DNA of 32,000 nucleotides from Candidatus Arthromitus sp. SFB-rat-Yit (GCF_000283555.1 NC_016012.1:210001-242000), one strand, 5' to 3'. Counted from the first letter of the stretch, positions 1 to 9,518 are shown. Program-made: numbers and translations. Notes: a model not told the origin generated them from the sequence alone.

Positions 1-957
1 TGGAGAAATTTTTAGCTTATCTTTTGAGTATTCTCCACCAAATATGATTTCCTCTCTATTATCCTCAATGATTTTAATTAATCTTAAAAAATGAGATTCA
101 TTTATAATTTTTGAATAATGCTTAAAATTCAGTGGATTTTCAGAGTATAAGTCTTTAATATAAAATATCATTCTATCTATGAACTTATCTTTAATTTTAC
201 TATTTACGTACAAAATATCTGGAGCTAAACACGTTTGACCTGAATTTAAAAATTTTCCATGAATAATTCTTTTGCACGAGGTATCTATTTCACAATCACT
301 ATGAACTATACAAGGATTTTTCCCACCGAGTTCGAGTGTTACAGGTATTAAATTCTTAGATGCTTTTTCGTAAACAAGTTTTCCAAAATTTGGATTACCT
401 GTTGCAAATATGTAATCAAAATCTAAATCTAGAAGTTTGTTTATCTCATATTCATCTTTAGATATAGTGAATACATAGCATTTTTCAAATACTTCTTTGA
501 TTATTTTTTCTATTAGTTTGTTTGTATTTGGATTTAGAGTATGGAGCTTTAGTATACAAGTATTACCTGAGGCGAGTGCTCCTATAAGAGGCATTAGTGA
601 AATATATAGAGGGTAGTTCCAACATGAGATAATTAAACAAACTCCGTAAGGTTTTTTGTGTATATAGGCTTTGCTTTTAAAGTTAATTATGGAGGTTCTA
701 ACTCTTTTTGGTTTTGATAATGAGCGTAGATTTTTAATAAAGTAATTTATTTCATTAATGCAGTGTGAAAATTCTGATACAAATGAATCTTCTTCTGATT
801 TTCCTAAATCTTTATGGAGAGCTGTATAAATTTCATATTCATTTTTCAATAATTCTTTTTTTAATTTTGTTAGATTTATGATTCTAAAATTTACTGAAAT
901 AGTTGCATCAGAATTAAAGAATTCCTTTTGTGCGTAGAAAATTTTTTCTATACTCAT
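1..957 (-). CDS. Aldehyde dehydrogenase family protein, 3' end truncated by window edge
   Basis: Reverse-strand reading from ATG (complement 955-957), preceded by GGAGG-like sequence. Translation starts MSIEKIFYAQKEFFNSDATISVNF and contains KPYGVCLIISCWNYPLYISLMPLIGALASGNTCILK, LELGGKNPCIVHSDCEID and FLNSGQTCLAPDILYV, which are the ALDH cofactor-binding and catalytic Cys motifs. Absent from the ORF track because it runs off the window. Confidence 0.93.
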   Translation of the reverse strand, partial: MSIEKIFYAQKEFFNSDATISVNFRIINLTKLKKELLKNEYEIYTALHKDLGKSEEDSFVSEFSHCINEINYFIKNLRSLSKPKRVRTSIINFKSKAYIHKKPYGVCLIISCWNYPLYISLMPLIGALASGNTCILKLHTLNPNTNKLIEKIIKEVFEKCYVFTISKDEYEINKLLDLDFDYIFATGNPNFGKLVYEKASKNLIPVTLELGGKNPCIVHSDCEIDTSCKRIIHGKFLNSGQTCLAPDILYVNSKIKDKFIDRMIFYIKDLYSENPLNFKHYSKIINESHFLRLIKIIEDNREEIIFGGEYSKDKLKISP

Positions 958-1092
958 GATATCCTCCGTTTTCTTAATATACCTTAATTTTAAATTAAGT
1001 GAATAAAAATTAAAAGATTTTATTTATGGAATAATTGGAACTGATTTGGAGGAAACTACATCATGAATTTTAATTGGTGATTAGGTGATATT

Positions 1093-2904
1093 GTGATGAA
1101 AGTTATGATTAGATTTTTATTGTTTTTTATGATTTTATCTGGAGCTATAGGATGTAAGGTTTATGCGAATGAAGAATTTATAGATGATCCATTGGAGGAA
1201 ATTTTATATAAATTTGATAAGGTAAATGAGAATGGTGAGGTTATTTATGATAAGAAGTCTCCTATAACAGTTGATGGTAAAAAGATAAAGTTAAAGAAGA
1301 TATATGATTCAGATAAGGAGATGTTTAGGGGGACGTGGATAGCTACTATATCTAATATAAATTTTCCAAGTAGAAGAGATATGAATTTTGATGAGCTTAA
1401 AGGTGAGTTTGATTCTATGTTAAATAGAGTTAAAGAACTTAATTTGAATGCAATTTTTTTTCAAGTTAGTCCAGAGCTAGATGCTTTTTATGAATCATCT
1501 TTTAGGCCATGGTCTAAGTATCTTTCAGGAGAACAAGGGAAAGCTCCTTCATATGTAAATGAGGGTAAGGATTTTTTAAAGTATGCTATTTCTGAAACTA
1601 GAAAAAGGGGTATTGAGTTTCATGCGTGGTTTAATCCTTATAGAGTCACAAAAGATCCTATTATAAATAGTACAAAAGAAGATATATTACAAACACTACA
1701 TGAAAATAATTTTGCAAGAATTAACAAAGATTTAGTTTATTTGTTTCAAGGTAAATTGTTCTTAGACCCTGGGAGATATGAAGTTATGGAATTTGTGAAA
1801 AACACTATACATGAATTCATAACTAAATATGATGTTGATGGTATACATTTTGATGATTATTTTTACCCTTATGGTTCTCAAACTATAAATGGTGTTAGCT
1901 ATAAATTTGGAGATATGAATGAAGATTTAAAAACATTTGAGGAAAATAATAGAAGTATAACTGATATAAAAGATTGGAGAAGAGATAACGTAAGCATTTT
2001 AATAAAGGAAATTTCATCTATAATAAACCATCATAATTACATAAATGGTAAGAGTGTTCAATGGGGTATTTCTCCTTTTGGTATATATGCACATAAAGGG
2101 GAGGAATTTAAAGATGGAGTAAAGACTGGTAATTTATTAAATGGATCTAATACTCCATATGGTTCTTTATCTAGTTATAGAGATATTTATGCAGATACAC
2201 TAAGGTGGATAAATAATAATTTTATAGATTATGTAATTCCTCAAATATATTGGACTTTTGGGAAAAATGAGGCACCATATGAGGAACTTATAAATTTTTG
2301 GAGTGAAGCTGTTAAAGGTAAGAGGTGTCAATTATACATAGGACATGGAAATTATTGTGTAAGGGAAGCTAAGGGAGATAAAAATTGGAATAATCCTTAT
2401 GAAATAACTAATCAAATTAAATTCAATTCTAATTATGATGAAATACTTGGGAGTGTTTTTTTTAGTATTAAAGATTTATATAAGAGATTGGATTTTCCAG
2501 ATAAAAGAGAAGAAGTTTATAGAAAATATATAAACCTATTAGAAAGGGAAATAGTTAAATATAAGGCTGTTGTACCTAGTAAACCTTGGCTTGATTCTAG
2601 AGATACATCAGAGGTTTTAGATCTTCGTGTATTAAGAAGTGATGAAAATAAACATTATTTATTTTTTAAAGATAAAATATCAAACGATAGTAAATTTTAT
2701 ATAGTTTATGGTTTTGAAAGTGAAGATAAAATTGATTTGAAAGATAGTAAAAATATATTGGGTATTTATGGTAGAGATTATAGCAAAGAGGATCAACATG
2801 TTATAGTTGAAAATTTGGGAGATAATATTAAACTTTTTGTTGTAACTGTTCAGGATAACTCTGGAACTGAAAGTTCAGGAGTGAAATATATATTTAAAAT
2901 ATGA
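1093..2904 (+). CDS. Secreted family 10 glycosyl hydrolase-like (GHL10/DUF187, DigH/YngK-like) protein
   Basis: Signal-like N-terminus, then FRGTWIATISNINFPSR, LNLNAIFFQVSPELDAFYESSFRPWSKYLSG, GIEFHAWFNPYRVT, FLDPGRYEV, DGIHFDDYFYP, WGISPFGIYAHKG, VIPQIYWTFG. C-terminal Fn3-like region. Start may be the ATG at 1096. Confidence 0.9.
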   Translation: MMKVMIRFLLFFMILSGAIGCKVYANEEFIDDPLEEILYKFDKVNENGEVIYDKKSPITVDGKKIKLKKIYDSDKEMFRGTWIATISNINFPSRRDMNFDELKGEFDSMLNRVKELNLNAIFFQVSPELDAFYESSFRPWSKYLSGEQGKAPSYVNEGKDFLKYAISETRKRGIEFHAWFNPYRVTKDPIINSTKEDILQTLHENNFARINKDLVYLFQGKLFLDPGRYEVMEFVKNTIHEFITKYDVDGIHFDDYFYPYGSQTINGVSYKFGDMNEDLKTFEENNRSITDIKDWRRDNVSILIKEISSIINHHNYINGKSVQWGISPFGIYAHKGEEFKDGVKTGNLLNGSNTPYGSLSSYRDIYADTLRWINNNFIDYVIPQIYWTFGKNEAPYEELINFWSEAVKGKRCQLYIGHGNYCVREAKGDKNWNNPYEITNQIKFNSNYDEILGSVFFSIKDLYKRLDFPDKREEVYRKYINLLEREIVKYKAVVPSKPWLDSRDTSEVLDLRVLRSDENKHYLFFKDKISNDSKFYIVYGFESEDKIDLKDSKNILGIYGRDYSKEDQHVIVENLGDNIKLFVVTVQDNSGTESSGVKYIFKI

Positions 2905-2981
2905 TAAAGAATAATTTCTAAATACGTGTTAAAATAAAAAATGAAACTTTTTATTTTATGACTTAACATGGAGGGATAATA

Positions 2982-3707
2982 ATGAATACCATAATATTTA
3001 AAAACTCAGATGAGGCATGTAAAAAAGCGAGCGATATGATATGTTCTGTAGTAAAAGAAAAGAATGATGCGTTACTCGGTCTAGCAACAGGTGGAACAAT
3101 GGAAAATGTATATAAATACATTGTAGAAGAGTATAAAAATAAGAAAGTAGATTTTAAAAGTATTAGAACTATTAATTTAGATGAGTATGTTGGGTTAAAT
3201 GGAGATCACCCTCAAAGCTATAGAAAATACATGGATGATCGTTTTTTTAATCACGTTAATATATTAAAAGAAAATACGTATGTTCCAGTTACAACTGGTG
3301 ATATAAATAAAGAACTTTTAAGGATTAAGGATATAATAGATGGTAATAAGGGAGCTGATGTACAGTTATTAGGTGTTGGTATAAATGGACATATTGCATT
3401 TAATGAACCTTGTGATCGCTTAAATGCAAGTGTAAGTGTTGTCGATTTGGATGAAGGAACTATAAAAGCAAATTCTAGGTATTTTTCTAGCATAGATGAG
3501 GTTCCTAAGAAGGCAGTAAGCCTTGGTATAGGAGATATATTAAAAGCTAAAAAAATAATTTTATTGGCTTTTGGTTGTGAGAAAGCAAATGCGATCAGAG
3601 AGCTTTTGAAGAATGATTTTATTACAACTAAGGTTCCATGTACATTTTTAAAAGCTCATAATGATGTTACCGTTATTATTGATGAGGCTTTGTCAAAAGA
3701 ACTTTAA
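2982..3707 (+). CDS. nagB: Glucosamine-6-phosphate deaminase
   Basis: LGLATGGTMENVY, TINLDEYVGLNGDHPQSYRKYMDDRFFNHVNI, LLGVGINGHIAFNEPCD; ribosome binding site ATGGAGGG upstream. Confidence 0.96.
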   Translation: MNTIIFKNSDEACKKASDMICSVVKEKNDALLGLATGGTMENVYKYIVEEYKNKKVDFKSIRTINLDEYVGLNGDHPQSYRKYMDDRFFNHVNILKENTYVPVTTGDINKELLRIKDIIDGNKGADVQLLGVGINGHIAFNEPCDRLNASVSVVDLDEGTIKANSRYFSSIDEVPKKAVSLGIGDILKAKKIILLAFGCEKANAIRELLKNDFITTKVPCTFLKAHNDVTVIIDEALSKEL

Positions 3708-3788
3708 AATTATTTTAATTAAAAATAGGTTTAAACTTTCTGAAATTGTAAATAATTAACATATACAATATTTGTTGGGGGTTAAAAA

Positions 3789-4187
3789 ATGTTTTTATCA
3801 TTATTTACAGATAGAGAAAGAGATTTATTTTATACTTTATCTCTTCATTTAATTGAGAGTGATGGTATTATAACAGGGGAAGAGAAAACTATGCTCGAGG
3901 GTTTTAAACTTGAGAGTGGTAGAAAACTTGAGAGAATACATGGAACTCCTAATGAAATTATAAGTGAACTTAGTTTAAGTAGTGATAAGATTAAAAATTG
4001 TATATTACTTGAGCTTATATACGTAGCTCTATCAGATAATAATTATACAGAAAATGAGAGATCTATAATTTCTAAAGTTGTAAGTGAGTTTGATATATGT
4101 GACTCTAAGTTTAGAGAAATTTTTGATTGGGTTACAAATTTAAAGGGAATGTATTCAAAAATACTTGAGTTAGTTAATGTAAGGTAG
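3789..4187 (+). CDS. Small TerB-like helical protein, function unknown
   Basis: Intact 132-aa ORF. The repeated acidic pattern (ESDGIITGEEKTMLEGF; LSDNNYTENERSIISKVVSEF) resembles TerB/DjlA-N-like domains. Confidence 0.6.
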   Translation: MFLSLFTDRERDLFYTLSLHLIESDGIITGEEKTMLEGFKLESGRKLERIHGTPNEIISELSLSSDKIKNCILLELIYVALSDNNYTENERSIISKVVSEFDICDSKFREIFDWVTNLKGMYSKILELVNVR

Positions 4188-4210
4188 TTTTTTAAACTAC
4201 CTATTTTTAT
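4181..4210 (+). terminator. Intrinsic terminator overlapping the stop codon of 3789..4187
   Basis: AGGTAGTTT (4182-4190) pairs with AAACTACCT (4194-4202), followed by ATTTTTATTTTTT. The TAG stop at 4185-4187 lies in the ascending arm. Confidence 0.75.
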
Positions 4211-4339
4211 TTTTTAGGATATTTTAACAAAAAAAACTAAATGCTTGCTCATAAATTACTAAAATTTGAGCAAAATAGAATTAAGATGAAATGAATGAAA
4301 AATATATACTATAAAAAATTCAGATTTGGAGGAACAGAT

Positions 4340-5527
4340 ATGAGTAATTTGAGATTAAATAAGATTACTTTGTTGTTGTTATTAATTTTGGCATTAAGTT
4401 TGAAGAGTGTTGAGGGATCGAAAGCTATAGAGGTTTTTAATAATGAATCAGTAGAAGAATCTGGAAGCTTTGTATTTAAAGAGTTAGATGAGGTAAAAGA
4501 TATATATAGTGATATATTAATAGATAGAATAACCAATGATAAAAATGTGATAACAGGTAAGACGTTTAAAAATTCTATAGTAAAGTTTAATATAAATAAT
4601 GTTGAATATGTTTCAAACACTGATGATGATGGAAACTTTGTTGTTTTAGTTGAAGAGGGTTTGCTTATTGATATTGATCAAATACGCGTTAAGGTATGTG
4701 ATTATTTAGATAATGAGTTATCTAATTTATCTTTGGTTGTTCATGATATTTTGCCTCCTGTTGATCCAAAGATTGATGGGATTGTTAATAATTCAGATTT
4801 TAAAGTTATGGGAAGTGGAGAGCCTAATTCTATTGTAAAATTAATTATTGGTGATAAGGAGTTTTTAGGATACATATTAAATGATGGAAATTTTGAAATT
4901 GAGGTTGGAGATTCTCTAAGGGATGTTGATAAATTTAGATTGATTTCTTATGATTATTTCAATAATTATTCAAATTTAGTTGAGAAATATGTGGAGGATG
5001 TTATAGCTCCAGAAAAGCCTACTATAACAAATATTGATTTTATTAATAATCTTGTGTATGGAAATGGAGAAGCTAATTGTGAGGTTGTGGTCAGCTTTGA
5101 CGGTAAAAGCTATAAATCTTATATAGATGAAAATGGATATTTCTATATTCATGATGATGAAGGATTGCTTGAAAATACTGAACATATAAAAATTCATGTT
5201 GTTGATTTGAATGGTAATAGTTCTGAGGAGGTATTATTTGGACTTGAAAAGAAGAATGTGGGTGTTGTAACGCTTAGGAGTTTAGATCCAAATAATGAGA
5301 TTATAAAAGATGCTATGATAAGATTAAATGGATGTGATGATTATTTACATAATGAGGATAGAGTATTTAACTTAAATAGTGAAGGTAATCTTATCATAGA
5401 AGATATACCTTTTGGGGAGTATGAACTTTTAATAAGATATAGGACGGTTAATAATCAATTAGAAGAAAATCTTGTTAATATAAGTTTAAATGAAGAAAAC
5501 TCTGATATAGAAATTTTGATTGATTAA
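4340..5527 (+). CDS. Secreted protein with bacterial Ig-like repeats and a C-terminal prealbumin-like domain
   Basis: The track ORF starts at 4295. The ATG at 4340 follows TTTGGAGGAACAG and opens onto a signal-like sequence (MSNLRLNKITLLLLLILALSLKSVEG). Repeats of form VMGSGEPNSIVKLIIGD...YILNDGNFEIEV and VYGNGEANCEVVVSFDG...YIDENGYFYI are Big-like. The C-terminal VTLRSLDPNNEIIKDAMIRLNG...NLIIEDIPFGEYELLIRY resembles a CarboxypepD_reg/Cna-B fold. Confidence 0.8.
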   Translation: MSNLRLNKITLLLLLILALSLKSVEGSKAIEVFNNESVEESGSFVFKELDEVKDIYSDILIDRITNDKNVITGKTFKNSIVKFNINNVEYVSNTDDDGNFVVLVEEGLLIDIDQIRVKVCDYLDNELSNLSLVVHDILPPVDPKIDGIVNNSDFKVMGSGEPNSIVKLIIGDKEFLGYILNDGNFEIEVGDSLRDVDKFRLISYDYFNNYSNLVEKYVEDVIAPEKPTITNIDFINNLVYGNGEANCEVVVSFDGKSYKSYIDENGYFYIHDDEGLLENTEHIKIHVVDLNGNSSEEVLFGLEKKNVGVVTLRSLDPNNEIIKDAMIRLNGCDDYLHNEDRVFNLNSEGNLIIEDIPFGEYELLIRYRTVNNQLEENLVNISLNEENSDIEILID

Positions 5528-5559
5528 TTTTTAAATTTAGATATGAGGGAATCGAATTA

Positions 5560-7053
5560 ATGAAGATATTTAAGAGATGGTTTATCCTTAATATTGTTTT
5601 TATAATATTTATAATCCCTTTAAAAATGGTTTGTGCTTATGAAAAGAGTAGCACAAAAGAAGAGAGAATATATACTATAAATGATGATTATGTTTATAGT
5701 TTATCTAAAGATGGAATAGAGATTATAGATATAAATGATTATGAAGATATGAATTTTGTTTGTAGATTAAAAGGGTATAATATGGAAAATAATAATCTTT
5801 ATATTTATAACGATAGGTTATTTATTAGTGGAATTGAAAGTTATGAGGATAAGTCATATATAAAAACGGTTGTGTATGATATTTATGATAAGAAAAACCC
5901 TATTAAACTTAAGGAGTTTAAATTTGAAGGATATGAGTATTTGTTTATCAAAAACGATGGAATTGTTTATTTAGTTATTCAAGAATCAGATAGTAAGGGT
6001 AGAATTATTTCTATAGATTCAAGTAAAGAAGATATAGATTTAAATGTAGATTATTTTGAAGGTGGAGAAATTAGCTTTATATATTCATCAGATGATAATT
6101 TATACGTTATTTGTAATGAAGACATGATTGGAAGATATTTTACAACTATACATAAATTTGATATAAGCGAAGATATTAAATATGTAAATAAAATTTCATT
6201 TGATGGTATTATATACAATGATAAATTTATACATGAGTATGATGGCAATTTAAGAGTGCTTGTGAAATGTGAAAATTTTAAAAATAAGATATATATTTTA
6301 GATAAGGATTTTAGAGATGCAAAGTGTGTAGATGTTATACTTGAGAATGAAAATATAAATAATGTATATTTTGATAAAGAAATGTGTTATATATCTGGAT
6401 TTTTAAAGGAAGGATATTTTTCTATATATAATTTAAAACATAGTAATCCGAAGGAAATGGGACGAATAAAATTAACATCTTCTTCTGATTACATATATAA
6501 ACTTAGTGAGGATAAATTTATAGTTGTGGGAAATGAACATAGAACAGATACATATAAAAATATGCAGAGTGATAAGGTATTTGAAGTAGTTAAGAATACG
6601 GGAATAAAAATTAATTTAATAGATGTCTTGGATAAGAATAATCCTAAAATATTTGATGAGTACTTTATAAAGGGGAAGGAAGTTTGTTTATCAGAATTTT
6701 TGGATGAAGAAAAGATGTTATTTTCCAAAGATAAAAACATATTAGCTTTTACATTAGATATATCTGGTTATACCATGGATATGGATATAAATACAGCTAT
6801 GGAAGTAAATTCGGATTTCAATTGTGAAGGATTATCTAGAGGAGTTTATGTTTTTGATCTACATGATAAAGATAAAATATTTTTGAAGTTTATGGTGGAA
6901 TGTGGGGATGAGTTGTTTGAAAATAAGAATGTAGAGGGGATAAAAATATATAACGAAGATATATTTATATTTTTAGATAATTGTTTTAAGGTATTTAATT
7001 TAGAAGGGAAATTGTTAGGAGAATATACATTCATAAAAAAGGAAACAAAATAA
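5560..7053 (+). CDS. Secreted beta-propeller domain protein
   Basis: Signal-like N-terminus (MKIFKRWFILNIVFIIFIIPLKMVCAYE). Repeated blades such as DDYVYSLSKDGIEIIDINDYEDM, LYIYNDRLFISG, VVYDIYDKKNPIKLKEFKFEG, LYVICNE, VYVFDLHDKDKIFLK, PKEMGRIKLTSSSDYIYKLSEDKFIVVG. Confidence 0.75.
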   Translation: MKIFKRWFILNIVFIIFIIPLKMVCAYEKSSTKEERIYTINDDYVYSLSKDGIEIIDINDYEDMNFVCRLKGYNMENNNLYIYNDRLFISGIESYEDKSYIKTVVYDIYDKKNPIKLKEFKFEGYEYLFIKNDGIVYLVIQESDSKGRIISIDSSKEDIDLNVDYFEGGEISFIYSSDDNLYVICNEDMIGRYFTTIHKFDISEDIKYVNKISFDGIIYNDKFIHEYDGNLRVLVKCENFKNKIYILDKDFRDAKCVDVILENENINNVYFDKEMCYISGFLKEGYFSIYNLKHSNPKEMGRIKLTSSSDYIYKLSEDKFIVVGNEHRTDTYKNMQSDKVFEVVKNTGIKINLIDVLDKNNPKIFDEYFIKGKEVCLSEFLDEEKMLFSKDKNILAFTLDISGYTMDMDINTAMEVNSDFNCEGLSRGVYVFDLHDKDKIFLKFMVECGDELFENKNVEGIKIYNEDIFIFLDNCFKVFNLEGKLLGEYTFIKKETK

Positions 7054-7065
7054 TTGTTTCCTTTT
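7037..7065. terminator. Bidirectional intrinsic terminator between convergent genes
   Basis: AAAAGGAAACAA (7037-7048), loop AATAA, TTGTTTCCTTTT (7054-7065): perfect 12-bp stem flanked by A- and T-rich tracts. It overlaps the 3' ends of both convergent CDSs. Confidence 0.85.
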
Positions 7066-7921
7066 ATTTATTTTTACCCTCATTTATTATGTCACGAACA
7101 TAGTTTGGTAAAACAAAACTAGCTTTATGAAGTTCGGTATTATAGTAATTTGTCTTAATGTTATTTAAATTCCATTTAGGAATATTGTCATTTATTGGAT
7201 TTATAGATTTTGAGGCAAATCCAAACAACCAATGACCGGATGGATAAGTTGGTATAAATGATTGATAATATTTAAGTATTGGGAAGATTTTATTAATTTT
7301 TGATGCAGATCTTTTAAGCTCTTTTATATTAAATGGATAATAAGGACTTTCACTTTGATTTACAAGAATACCATCATCTCTAAGAATTCTATAGCAATTA
7401 CTGTAGAATTCTAAACTAAACAATCCTTCTCCAGGACCTATAGGATCAGTAGAATCTACTATTATGAGGTCATATGATTTATCTGGAGAATTCTTAACAA
7501 ATTCTATTCCATCTTCAAATAACAGCTTAACTTTACTATTTCCTTTAAGAGAGCAGGAAACATTTGGAAATAGTTCGAGAGAAACATTTACAACCTCTTC
7601 ATCTATTTCAACCATAGTAATGGAGTTTATATTTTTATATCTACACAGTTCTCTAACTGTTCCTCCATCACCACCTCCAATAACAAGCACATCTTTAATA
7701 TTAGGATTACTAGCCATTGGGGTGTGAACTATCATTTCATGGTATATGAATTCATCTTTTTCAGTTATCATCATAATATCATCGATAACTAAATAATTTC
7801 CAAATAAATTATTGTTATAAACGTCTATAGTTTGAAATTTACTCTTTTTATGACAAAGATGTTTATCAGCTCTATATGATATTTTAACATCATCGTCATA
7901 TTTTTCTGTGAACCAATTCAT
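7064..7921 (-). CDS. speE: Spermidine synthase (polyamine aminopropyltransferase)
   Basis: MNWFTEKYDDDVKISYRADK, IDDIMMITEKDEFIYHEMIVH, VLVIGGGDGGTVREL, YDLIIVDSTDPIGPGEGLFS. Confidence 0.95.
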   Translation of the reverse strand: MNWFTEKYDDDVKISYRADKHLCHKKSKFQTIDVYNNNLFGNYLVIDDIMMITEKDEFIYHEMIVHTPMASNPNIKDVLVIGGGDGGTVRELCRYKNINSITMVEIDEEVVNVSLELFPNVSCSLKGNSKVKLLFEDGIEFVKNSPDKSYDLIIVDSTDPIGPGEGLFSLEFYSNCYRILRDDGILVNQSESPYYPFNIKELKRSASKINKIFPILKYYQSFIPTYPSGHWLFGFASKSINPINDNIPKWNLNNIKTNYYNTELHKASFVLPNYVRDIINEGKNK

Positions 7922-7933
7922 TGTAAAAACCTC

Positions 7934-8347
7934 CTAAATATTAGGCTTGTGGTATATAGTATTTGCATTGAAGTTTCCGTGTTTAGCTATTTTTTGAGTA
8001 AGCCCTCTAGGAATCTCAGTAGATTCGCTTATATCAGCTAAAAGTTTTTCTTCTAAATAATCGAATCCAACCCATGGATCTATAGTTCCACAAGTAAATA
8101 AATCAACAGCAGCATAGCCGTATTCAGGCCATGTGTGAATTGTTAAGTGGGATTCAGAAATTATAACTGCACCGCTTACGCCATAAGGGTTAAAATGATG
8201 AAAGCAACTTTCGACTATTGTAGCCCCCATTTTAATAGCAGATTCTTTCATGTAAGTCTCGATAAGTTTTGGATCTTTTAAAATCTCATTATTACAATTA
8301 TAATATTCGACTAAAATATGACGACCTAATGCATTAATAGTATGCAC
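7934..8347 (-). CDS. speD: S-adenosylmethionine decarboxylase proenzyme
   Basis: The track ORF runs to 8371, but the best start is the GTG at 8347, preceded by AAGGGAGGGTGTGAA. LGRHILVEYYNC and ESHLTIHTWPEYGYAAVDLFTCG include the Ser self-cleavage/pyruvoyl region. Confidence 0.93.
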   Translation of the reverse strand: MHTINALGRHILVEYYNCNNEILKDPKLIETYMKESAIKMGATIVESCFHHFNPYGVSGAVIISESHLTIHTWPEYGYAAVDLFTCGTIDPWVGFDYLEEKLLADISESTEIPRGLTQKIAKHGNFNANTIYHKPNI

Positions 8348-8388
8348 TTCACACCCTCCCTTGAGATACAAAAGTTTACTTAATAAAC

Positions 8389-8419
8389 ATATAAAGTTTA
8401 GTATAATTAAACTTTATAT
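8389..8419. promoter_or_regulatory. Perfect 12-bp inverted repeat upstream of speD (operator or 5' UTR hairpin)
   Basis: ATATAAAGTTTA (8389-8400), GTATAAT, TAAACTTTATAT (8408-8419), about 42 bp upstream of the speD GTG. Confidence 0.5.
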
Positions 8420-8645
8420 CATAAAAATTTAAGCCACTATAATATCTAATTAAGCTTAATTAAATACAATAATGACTTATATAAATTATCTAGAAATGAC
8501 AATATATTAAACTTTAACTTGCAATATATCTAACTTAAAATATATAATAAATTTATTTCATAGTCAATAAAAAAATAAACTATTTGTTTATGTAAATTTA
8601 CTGATTTATTATTCTTATATCGTAAATATGGGGAGAAAGTTTAAT

Positions 8646-9518
8646 ATGAATTATGAAAAAGATAGCATAGCTTCTCATTGTGAGAGTCACTTACCAATTT
8701 TTGAAAAAAAGAGCGTTAAAGAGATTGAGAAAAGTATTATAAAGAGATATAGAAAAAGAATATGGACTAAGTTTACAAAAGCTATAAATGATTATAATTT
8801 AGTAGAAGATGGAGATAGAATTGCTATTGCTATATCTGGAGGAAAAGATTCTCTTCTTTTAGCAAAATTATTTCAAGAGCTTAAGAGGCATGGGAGGAAT
8901 AATTTTGAATTAGAGTTTATAACCATGGATCCTGGATATCACAAACATATACGTATGCTACTTGAAGAAAATTGTAAACACTTAGAAATACCACTTAAGA
9001 TATTTGATTCAAATGTGTTTACTGTTGTTGATAAGATAGCAAGAGATTATCCGTGTTATATGTGTGCACGTATGAGAAGAGGATTTTTATATGCAAAAGC
9101 CAAGGAATTGAATTGTAATAAACTTGCACTTGGACATCATTTTAATGATGTTATAGAAACAACACTTTTAAATGTGTTTTATTCGGGTAATTTTAAAACC
9201 ATGTTACCTAAATTAAAAGCTGATAATTTTAAGGATATAGAATTAATTAGACCTATGTATTATATAGAGGAGCAATCTATAATTACATTCATAAAAAATT
9301 CAGGATTAATGGCACTTAATTGTGCTTGCATGGTTGCGGCTAAACGCATAGGTAATAAGAGATATGAAATAAAAGATCTAATAACTAGTATGAAGAAAAA
9401 TTATAAGTATGTAGATAAGTCTATATTTGCAGCAGCACAAAATGTAAATATGGATTCCATACTTGGATGGGTTAAAGATGGGAAAAATGTTTCATACCTA
9501 GATAAATATGGGGAATGA
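8646..9518 (+). CDS. TtcA/TilS-family tRNA thiolase (adenine nucleotide alpha hydrolase)
   Basis: PP-loop AIAISGGKDSLLLAKL; cysteine pairs CYMCARMRRG and ALNCACMVA; LALGHHFNDVIETTLLN. The ATG at 8646 follows GGGGAGAAAG; the track start is 8628. Confidence 0.88.
   Translation: MNYEKDSIASHCESHLPIFEKKSVKEIEKSIIKRYRKRIWTKFTKAINDYNLVEDGDRIAIAISGGKDSLLLAKLFQELKRHGRNNFELEFITMDPGYHKHIRMLLEENCKHLEIPLKIFDSNVFTVVDKIARDYPCYMCARMRRGFLYAKAKELNCNKLALGHHFNDVIETTLLNVFYSGNFKTMLPKLKADNFKDIELIRPMYYIEEQSIITFIKNSGLMALNCACMVAAKRIGNKRYEIKDLITSMKKNYKYVDKSIFAAAQNVNMDSILGWVKDGKNVSYLDKYGE

Noticed and set aside
2930-2958. AT-only inverted repeat TAAAATAAAAA/TTTTTATTTTA downstream of the GHL10 gene
   Set aside because: 11 bp but entirely A/T, so stability is low and chance occurrence in this composition is likely. 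Not called as a terminator.
3251-3493. Minus-strand ORF in nagB, and similar shadow ORFs at 4309-4620, 4976-5197, 6051-6248, 6489-6740, 6846-7034, 11682-11912, 11864-12085, 20187-20411, 21849-22097, 22906-23115, 23158-23379, 26662-26874
   Set aside because: All lie antisense to well-supported coding sequences, without their own motifs or start signals.
7464-7727. 87-aa plus-strand ORF in speE
   Set aside because: Antisense shadow of the conserved GGGDGG/DSTDPIGPGEG region.
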